From the human T2T-CHM13v2.0 reference genome, Homo sapiens, in the NCBI RefSeq assembly GCF_009914755.1, contig NC_060925.1: 64,000 nucleotides of DNA, one strand, 5' to 3'. This document shows positions 53,401-64,000 of this stretch, in pieces (position 1 is the stretch's first letter; each line of letters starts with the position of its first letter). The notes under the pieces were generated by a model. That model saw nothing but the letters and a program-made list of their open reading frames with translations. It had not been told where the DNA came from and searched no databases. The translations under genes and the position numbers were made by a program.

Positions 53401-56400
53401 CGAATGGAATCATCGAATGAACTCGAATGGAATCATCATTGAATGGAATCGAATGGAATCATCGAGTGGAATCGAATGGAATTATGATCAAATGGAATCG
53501 AATGTAATCATCATCAAATGGAATCAAAAATAACCATCATCAATTGGTATTGAATGGAATTGTCATCAAATGGAATTCAAAGGAATCATCATCAAATGGA
53601 TCCGAATGGAATCCTCATTGAATGGAAATGAAAGGGGTCATCATCTAATGGAATCGCATGGAATCATCATCAAATGGAATCGAATGGAATCATCATCAAA
53701 TGGAATCTAATGGAATCATTGAACAGAATTGAATGGAATCGTCATCGAATGAATTGAATGCAATCATCGAATGGTCTCGAATGGAATCATCTTCTAATGG
53801 AAAGGAATGGAATCATCGCATAGAATCGAATGGAATTATCATCGAATGGAATCGAATGGTATCAACACCAAACGGAAAAAAACGGAATTATCGAATGGAA
53901 TCGAAGAGAATCTTCGAACGGACCCGAATGGAATCATCTAATGGAATGGAATGGAATAATCCATGGACTCGAATGCAATCATCATCGAATGGAATCGAAT
54001 GGATTCATCGAATGGACTCGAATGGAATAATCATTGAACGGAATCGAATGGAATCATCATCGGATGGAAACGAATGGAATCATCATCGAATGGAAATGAA
54101 AGGAGTCATCATCTAATGGAATTGCATGGAATCATCATAAAATGGAATCGAATGGAATCAACATCAAATGGAATCAAATGGAATCATTGAACGGAATTGA
54201 ATGGAATCGTCATCGAATGAATTGACTGCAATCATCGAATGGTCTCGAATGGAATCATCTTCAAATGGAATGGAATGGAATCATCGCATAGAATCGAATG
54301 GAATTATCATCGAATGGAATCGAATGGAATCAACATCAAACGGAAAAAAACGGAATTATCGAATGGAATCGAAGAGAATCATCGAATGGACCCGAATGGA
54401 ATCATCTAATGGAATGGAATGGAATAATCCATGGACTCGAATGCAATCATCATCGAATGGAATCGAATGGAATCATCGAATGGACTCGAATGGAATAATC
54501 ATTGAACGGAATCGAATGGAATCATCATCGGATGGAAATGAATGGAATCATCATCGAATGGAATCGAATAGAATTATGGAATGAAATCCAGTGTGATCAT
54601 CATCGAATGGACCCGAATGGAATCATCATCCAACGGAAGCTAATGGAATCAACATCGAATGAATCGAATGGAAACACCATCGAATTGAAACGAATGGAAT
54701 TATCATGAAATTGAAATGGATGGACTCATCATCGAATGGATTCGAATGGAATCATCGAATAAAATTGATTGAAATCATCATCGAATGGAATCGAATGGTA
54801 TCATTGAATGGAATCGAATGGAATCATCATCAGATGGAAATGAATGGAATCGTCATAGAATGGAATCGAATGGATTCATTGAATGGAATCAGATGGAATC
54901 ATCGAATGGACTGGAATGGAATCATTGAATGGACTCGAAAGGGATCATGATTGAATGGAATTGAATGGAATCATCGAATGGTCTCGATTGGAATCATTAT
55001 CAAATGGAATCGAATGGAATCACCGAATAGAATCGAATGGAACAATCATCGAATGGACTCAAATGGAATTATCCTCAAATGGAATCGAATGGAATTATCG
55101 AATGCAATCGAATGGAATTATCGAATGCAATCGAATAGAATCATCGAATGGACTCGAATGGAATCATCGAATGGAATGGAATGGAACAGTCAATGAACTC
55201 GAATGGAATCATCATTGAATGGAATCGAATGGAATCATCGAGTGGAATCGAATGGAATTATGATCAAATGGAATCGAATGTAATCATCATCAAATGGAAT
55301 CAAAAATAACCATCATCAATTGGTATTGAATGGAATTGTCATCAAATGGAATTCAAAGGAATCATCATCAAATGGAACCGAATGGAATCCTCATTGAATG
55401 GAAATGAAAGGGGTCATCATCTAATGGAATCGCATGGAATCATCATCAAATGGAATCGAATGGAATCATCATCAAATGGAATCTAATGGAATCATTGAAC
55501 AGAATTGAATGGAATCGTCATCGAATGAATTGAATGCAATCATCGAATGGTCTCGAATGGAATCATCTTCTAATGGAAAGGAATGGAATCATCGCATAGA
55601 ATCGAATGGAATTATCATCGAATGGAATCGAATGGTATCAACACCAAACGGAAAAAAACGGAATTATCGAATGGAATCGAAGAGAATCTTCGAACGGACC
55701 CGAATGGAATCATCTAATGGAATGGAATGGAATAATCCATGGACTCGAATGCAATCATCATCGAATGGAATCGAATGGAATCATCGAATGGACTCGAATG
55801 GAATAATCATTGAACGGAATCGAATGGAATCATCATCGGATGGAAACGAATGGAATCAACATCGAATTGAAATGAAAGGAGTCATCATCTAATGGAATTG
55901 CATGGAATCATCATAAAATGGAATCGAATGGAATCAACATCAAATGGAATCAAATGGAATCATTGAACGGAATTGAATGGAATCGTCATCGAATGAATTG
56001 ACTGCAATCATCGAATGGTCTCGAATGGAATCATCTTCAAATGGAATGGAATGGAATCATCGCATAGAATCGAATGGAATTATCATCGAATGGAATCGAA
56101 TGGAATCAACATCAAACGGAAAAAAACGGAATTATCGAATGGAATCGAAGAGAATCATCGAATGGACCCAAATGGAATCATCTAATGGAATGGAATGGAA
56201 TAATCCATGGACTCGAATGCAATCATCATCGAATGGAATCGAATGGAATCATCGAATGAACTCGAATGGAATCATCATTGAATGGAATCGAATGGAATCA
56301 TCGAGTGGAATCGAATGGAATTATGATCAAATGGAATCGAATGTAATCATCATCAAATGGAATCAAAAATAACCATCATCAATTGGTATTGAATGGAATT

Positions 56401-59400
56401 GTCATCAAATGGAATTCAAAGGAATCATCATCAAATGGAACCGAATGGAATCCTCATTGAATGGAAATGAAAGGGGTCATCATCTAATGGAATCGCATGG
56501 AATCATCATCAAATGGAATCGAATGGAATCATCATCAAATGGAATCTAATGGAATCATTGAACAGAATTGAATGGAATCGTCATCGAATGAATTGAATGC
56601 AATCATCGAATGGTCTCGAATGGAATCATCTTCTAATGGAAAGGAATGGAATCATCGCATAGAATCGAATGGAATTATCATCGAATGGAATCGAATGGTA
56701 TCAACACCAAACGGAAAAAAACGGAATTATCGAATGGAATCGAAGAGAATCTTCGAACGGACCCGAATGGAATCATCTAATGGAATGGAATGGAATAATC
56801 CATGGACTCGAATGCAATCATCATCGAATGGAATCGAATGGAATCATCGAATGGACTCGAATGGAATAATCATTGAACGGAATCGAATGGAATCATCATC
56901 GGATGGAAACGAATGGAATCATCATCGAATGGAAATGAAAGGAGTCATCATCTAATGGAAATGCATGGAATCATCATAAAATGGAATCGAATGGAATCAA
57001 CATCAAATGGAATCAAATGGAATCATTGAACGGAATTGAATGGAATCGTCATCGAATGAATTGAATGCAATCATCGAATGGTCTCGAATGGAATCATCTT
57101 CAAATGGAATGGAATGGAATCATCGCATAGAATCGAATGGAATTATCATCGAATGGAATCGAATGGAATCAACATCAAACGGAAAAAAACGGAATTATCG
57201 AATGGAATCGAAGAGAATCATCGAATGGACCCGAATGGAATCATCTAATGGAATGGAATGGAATAATCCATGGACTCGAATGCAATCATCATCGAATGGA
57301 ATCGAATGGAATCATCGAATGGACTCGAATGGAATAATCATTGAACGGAAACGAATGGAATCATCATCGGATGGAAATGAATGGAATCATCATCGAATAG
57401 AATCGAATAGAATTATGGAATGAAATCCAGTGTGATCATCATCGAATGGACCCGAATGGAATCATCATCCAACGGAAGCTAATGGAATCAACATCGAATG
57501 AATCGAATGGAAACACCATCGAATTGAAACGAATGGAATTATCATGAAATTGAAATGGATGGACTCATCATCGAATGGATTCGAATGGAATCATCGAATA
57601 AAATTGATTGAAATCATCATCGAATGGAATCGAATGGTATCATTGAATGGAATCGAATGGAATCATCATCAGATGGAAATGAATGGAATCGTCATAGAAT
57701 GGAATCGAATGGATTCATTGAATGGAATCAGATGGAATCATCGAATGGACTGGAATGGAATCATTGAATGGACTCGAAAGGGATCATGATTGAATGGAAT
57801 TTAATGGAATCATCGAATGGTCTCGATTGGAATCATTATCAAATGGAATCGAATGGAATCACCGAATAGAATCGAATGGAACAATCATCGAATGGACTCA
57901 AATGGAATTATCCTCAAATGGAATCGAATGGAATTATCGAATGCAATCGAATGGAATTATCGATTGCAATCGAATAGAATCATCGAATGGACTCGAATGG
58001 AATCATCGAATGGAATGGAATGGAACAGTCAATGAACTCGAATGGAATCATCATTGAATGGAATCGAATGGAATCATCGAGTGGAATCGAATGGAATTAT
58101 GATCAAATGGAATCGAATGTAATCATCATCAAATGGAATCAAAAATAACCATCATCAATTGGTATTGAATGGAATTGTCATCAAATGGAATTCAAAGGAA
58201 TCATCATCAAATGGAACCGAATGGAATCCTCATTGAATGGAAATGAAAGGTGTCATCATCTAATGGAATCGCATGGAATCATCATCAAATGGAATCGAAT
58301 GGAATCATCATCAAATGGAATCTAATGGAATCATTGAACAGAATTGAATGGAATGGTCATCGAATGAATTGAATGCAATCATCGAATGGTCTCGAATGGT
58401 ATCATCTTCTAATGGAAAGGAATGGAATCATCGCATAGAATCGAATGGAATTATCATCGAATGGAATCGAATGGTATCAACACCAAACGGAAAAAAACGG
58501 AATTATCGAATGGAATCGAAGAGAATCTTCGAACGGACCCGAATGGAATCATCTAATGGAATGGAATGGAACAATCCATGGACTCGAATGCAATCATCAT
58601 CGAATGGAATCGAATGGAATCATCGAATGGACTCGAATGGAATAATCATTGAACGGAATCGAATGGAATCATCATCGGATGGAAACGAATGGAATCATCA
58701 TCGAATGGAAATGAAAGGAGTCATCATCTAATGGAATTGCATGGAATCATCATAAAATGGAATCGAATGGAATCAACATCAAATGGAATCAAATGGAATC
58801 ATTGAACGGAATTGAATGGAATCGTCATCGAATGAATAGACTGCAATCATCGAATGGTCTCGGAATCATCTTCAAATGGAATGGAATGGAATCATCGCAT
58901 AGAATCGAATGGAATTATCATCGAATGGAATCGAATGGAATCAACATCAAACGGAAAAAAACGGAATTATCGAATGGAATCGAAGAGAATCATCGAATGG
59001 ACCCGAATGGAATCATCTAATGGAATGGAATGGAATAATCCATGGACTCGAATGCAATCATCATCGAATGGAATCGAATGGAATCATCGAATGGACTCAA
59101 ATGGAATAATCATTGAACGGAATCGAATGGAATCATCATCGGATGGAAATGAATGGAATCATCATCGAATGGAATCGAATAGAATTATGGAATGAAATCC
59201 AGTGTGATCATCATCGAATGGACCCGAATGGAATCATCATCCAACGGAAGCTAATGGAATCAACATCGAATGAATCGAATGGAAACACCATCGAATTGAA
59301 ACGAATGGAATTATCATGAAATTGAAATGGATGGACTCATCATCGAATGGATTCGAATGGAATCATCGAATAAAATTGATTGAAATCATCATCCAATGGA

Positions 59401-62400
59401 ATCGAATGGTATCATTGAATGGAATCGAATGGAATCATCATCAGATGGAAATGAATGGAATCGTCATAGAATGGAATCGAATGGATTCATTGAATGGAAT
59501 CAGATGGAATCATCGAATGGACTGGAATGGAATCATTGAATGGACTCGAAAGGGATCATGATTGAATGGAATTGAATGGAATCATCGAATGGTCTCGATT
59601 GGAATCATTATCAAATGGAATCGAATGGAATCACCGAATAGAATCGAATGGAACAATCATCGAATGGACTCAAATGGAATTATCCTCAAATGGAATCGAA
59701 TGGAATTATCGAATGCAATCGAATGGAATTATCGAATGCAATCGAATAGAATCATCGAATGGACTCGAATGGAATCATCGAATGGAATGGAATGGAACAG
59801 TCAATGAACTCGAATGGAATCATCATTGAATGGAATCGAATGGAATCATCGAGTGGAATCGAATGGAATTATGATCAAATGGAATCGAATGTAATCATCA
59901 TCAAATGGAATCAAAAATAACCATCATCAATTGGTATTGAATGGAATTGTCATCAAATGGAATTCAAAGGAATCATCATCAAATGGAACCGAATGGAATC
60001 CTCATTGAATGGAAATGAAAGGTGTCATCATCTAATGGAATCGCATGGAATCATCATCAAATGGAATCGAATGGAATCATCATCAAATGGAATCTAATGG
60101 AATCATTGAACAGAATTGAATGGAATGGTCATCGAATGAATTGAATGCAATCATCGAATGGTCTCGAATGGTATCATCTTCTAATGGAAAGGAATGGAAT
60201 CATCGCATAGAATCGAATGGAATTATCATCGAATGGAATCGAATGGTATCAACACCAAACGGAAAAAAACGGAATTATCGAATGGAATCGAAGAGAATCT
60301 TCGAACGGACCCGAATGGAATCATCTAATGGAATGGAATGGAACAATCCATGGACTCGAATGCAATCATCATCGAATGGAATCGAATGGAATCATCGAAT
60401 GGACTCGAATGGAATAATCATTGAACGGAATCGAATGGAATCATCATCGGATGGAAACGAATGGAATCATCATCGAATGGAAATGAAAGGAGTCATCATC
60501 TAATGGAATTGCATGGAATCATCATAAAATGGAATCGAATGGAATCAACATCAAATGGAATCAAATGGAATCATTGAACGGAATTGAATGGAATCGTCAT
60601 CGAATGAATTGACTGCAATCATCGAGTGGTCTCGGAATCATCTTCAAATGGAATGGAATGGAATCATCGCATAGAATCGAATGGAATTATCATCGAATGG
60701 AATCGAATGGAATCAACATCAAACGGAAAAAAACGGAATTATCGAATGGAATCGAAGAGAATCATCGAATGGACCCGAATGGAATCATCTAATGGAATGG
60801 AATGGAATAATCCATGGACTCGAATGCAATCATCATCGAATGGAATCGAATGGAATCATCGAATGGACTCAAATGGAATAATCATTGAACGGAATCGAAT
60901 GGAATCATCATCGGATGGAAATGAATGGAATCATCATCGAATGGAATCGAATAGAATTATGGAATGAAATCCAGTGTGATTATCATCGAATGGACCCGAA
61001 TGGAATCATCATCCAACGGAAGCTAATGGAATCAACATCGAATGAATCGAATGGAAACACCATCGAATTGAAACGAATGGAATTATCATGAAATTGAAAT
61101 GGATGGACTCATCATCGAATGGATTCGAATGGAATCATCGAATAAAATTGATTGAAATCATCATCCAATGGAATCGAATGGTATCATTGAATGGAATCGA
61201 ATGGAATCATCATCAGATGGAAATGAATGGAATCGTCATAGAATGGAATCGAATGGATTCATTGAATGGAATCAGATGGAATCATCGAATGGACTGGAAT
61301 GGAATCATTGAATGGACTCGAAAGGGATCATGATTGAATGGAATTGAATGGAATCATCGAATGGTCTCGATTGGAATCATTATCAAATGGAATCGAATGG
61401 AATCACCGAATAGAATCGAATGGAACAATCATCGAATGGACTCAAATGGAATTATCCTCCAATGGAATCGAATGGAATTATCGAATGCAATCGAATGGAA
61501 TTATCGAATGCAATCGAATAGAATCATCGAATGGACTCGAATGGAATCATCGAATGGAATGGAATGGAACAGTCAATGAACTCGAATGGAATCATCATTG
61601 AATGGAATCGAATGGAATCATCGAGTGGAATCGAATGGAATTATGATCAAATGGAATCGAATGTAATCATCATCAAATGGAATCAAAAATAACCATCATC
61701 AATTGGTATTGAATGGAATTGTCATCAAATGGAATTCAAAGGAATCATCATCAAATGGAACCGAATGGAATCCTCATTGAATGGAAATGAAAGGGGTCAT
61801 CATCTAATGGAATCGCATGGAATCATCATCAAATGGAATCGAATGGAATCATCATCAAATGGAATCTAATGGAATCATTGAACAGAATTGAATGGAATCG
61901 TCATCGAATGAATTGAATGCAATCATCGAATGGTCTCGAATGGAATCATCTTCTAATGGAAAGGAATGGAATCATCGCATAGAATCGAATGGAATTATCA
62001 TCGAATGGAATCGAATGGTATCAACACCAAACGGAAAAAAACGGAATTATCGAATGGAATCGAAGAGAATCTTCGAACGGACCTGAATGGAATCATCTAA
62101 TGGAATGGAATGGAATAATCCATGGACTCGAATGCAATCATCATCGAATGGAATCGAATGGAATCATCGAATGGACTCGAATGGAATAATCATTGAACGG
62201 AATCGAATGGAATCATCATCGGATGGAAACGAATGGAATCATCATCGAATGGAAATGAAAGGAGTCATCATCTAATGGAATTGCATGGAATCATCATAAA
62301 ATGGAATCGAAAGGAATCAACATCAAATGGAATCAAATGGAATCATTGAACGGAATTGAATGGAATCGTCATCAAATGAATTGACTGCAATCATCGAATG

Positions 62401-64000
62401 GTCTCGAATGGAATCATCTTCAAATGGAATGGAATGGAATCATCGCATAGAATCGAATGGAAGTATCATCGAATGGAATCGAATGGAATCAACATCAAAC
62501 GGAAAAAAACGGAATTATCGAATGGAATCGAAGAGAATCATCGAATGGACCCGAATGGAATCATCTAATGGAATGGAATGGAATAATCCATGGACTCGAA
62601 TGCAATCATCATCGAATGGAATCGAATGGAATCATCGAATGAACTCGAATGGAATCATCATTGAATGGAATCGAATGGAATCATCGAGTGGAATCGAATG
62701 CAATTATGATCAAATGGAATCGAATGTAATCATCATCAAATGGAATCAAAAATAACCATCATCAATTGGTATTGAATGGAATTGTCATCAAAAGGAATTC
62801 AAAGGAATCATCATCAAATGGAACCGAATGGAATCCTCATTGAATGGAAATGAAAGGGGTCATCATCTAATGGAATCGCATGGAATCATCATCAAATGGA
62901 ATCGAATGGAATCATCATCAAATGGAATCTAATGGAATCATTGAACAGAATTGAATGGAATCGTCATCGAATGAATTGAATGCAATCATCGAATGGTCTC
63001 GAATGGAATCATCTTCTAATGGAAAGGAATGGAATCATCGCATAGAATCGAATGGAATTATCATCGAATGGAATCGAATGGTATCAACACCAAACGGAAA
63101 AAAACGGAATTATCGAATGGAATCGAAGAGAATCTTCGAACGGACCCGAATGGAATCATCTAATGGAATGGAATGGAATAATCCATGGACTCGAATGCAA
63201 TCATCATCGAATGGAATCGAATGGAATCATCGAATGGACTCGAATGGAATAATCATTGAACGGAATCGAATGGAATCATCATCGGATGGAAACGAATGGA
63301 ATCATCATCGAATGGAAATGAAAGGAGTCATCATCTAATGGAATTGCATGGAATCATCATAAAATGGAATCGAATGGAATCAACATCAAATGGAATCAAA
63401 TGGAATCATTGAACGGAATTGAATGGAATCGTCATCGAATGAATTGACTGCAATCATCCAATGGTCTCGAATGGAATCATCTTCAAATGGAATGGAATGG
63501 AATCATCGCATAGAATCGAATGGAATTATCATCGAATGGAATCGAATGGAATCAACATCAAACGGAAAAAAACGGAATTATCGAATGGAATCGAAGAGAA
63601 TCATCGAATGGACCCGAATGGAATCATCTAATGGAATGGAATGGAATAATCCATGGACTCGAATGCAATCATCATCGAATGGAATCGAATGGAATCATCG
63701 AATGGACTCGAATGGAATAATCATTGAACGGAATTGAATGGAATCATCATCGGATGGAAATGAATGGAATCATCATCGAATGGAATCGAATAGAATTATG
63801 GAATGAAATCCAGTGTGATCATCATCGAATGGACCCGAATGGAATCATCATCCAACGGAAGCTAATGGAATCAACATCGAATGAATCGAATGGAAACACC
63901 ATCGAATTGAAACGAATGGAATTATCATGAAATTGAAATGGATGGACTCATCATCGAATGGATTCGAATGGAATCATCGAATAAAATTGATTGAAATCAT

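Larger units (their letters stand above)
1..64000 (+). repeat. Human satellite II (HSat2/HSATII) tandem array, GAATG strand on +, continuing beyond both window edges
   Basis: The entire window consists of variants of ATCGAATGGAATCGAATGGAATC(ATC). The reverse complement is rich in CATTCGATTC, the HSat2 hallmark, rather than the plain (CATTC)n of HSat3. No unique sequence was seen. Confidence 0.98.

Noticed and set aside
109-63930. Many 60-176 aa ORFs on the + strand (MESSSNGIEWNHR-type peptides)
   Set aside because: They are translations of the satellite: ATG-rich, overlapping in several frames, low complexity, and lengthened or cut by random substitutions. No domain or gene structure is visible.
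1-64000. All ORFs on + and none on -, suggesting directional coding
   Set aside because: The minus strand reads (GAT)n, giving frequent TGA stops in shifting frames. It only shows that the array has a single orientation.
1-64000. CRISPR-like array of short repeats
   Set aside because: There are no unique spacers; intervening sequence is the same monomer family and repeats every unit. No cas genes or leader are present.
1-64000. Inversion, Alu/L1 insertion, alpha satellite or CENP-B box
   Set aside because: No CATTC-oriented segment or non-HSat2 sequence was seen, and the anchor spacings leave no unexplained length.

Overview
The whole 64 kb is one uninterrupted, single-orientation array of human (or great-ape) satellite II (HSat2/HSATII). 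It is built from diverged GAATGGAATC(ATC)0-2 elements that form 23- and 26-bp monomers, organised into a 1,776-bp higher-order unit. That unit size and the single EcoRI site per unit match the 1.77-kb chromosome 1q12-type HSat2 array (D1Z1/pUC1.77, HSat2A2); this assignment is from established knowledge, not a search. Using the once-per-unit anchor ATGAAATTGAAATGGATGG (31 copies, 109 to 63927), the spacings are 14x1776, 7x2839, 2x1772, and one each of 1455, 1767, 1923, 2370, 2371, 2816 and 2835. These are all explained by a 713-bp deletion (11 copies), a 468-bp deletion (3 copies), a diverged 147-bp insertion (2 copies) and small 1/4/9/23-bp deletions. I see no genes, RNA genes, transposons, CRISPR arrays or inversions; all ORFs in the track are artefacts of the repeat. 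I found no evidence for a new biological system. What is interesting is the array's internal history: variant units, nested multi-kb duplications and mosaic haplotypes.
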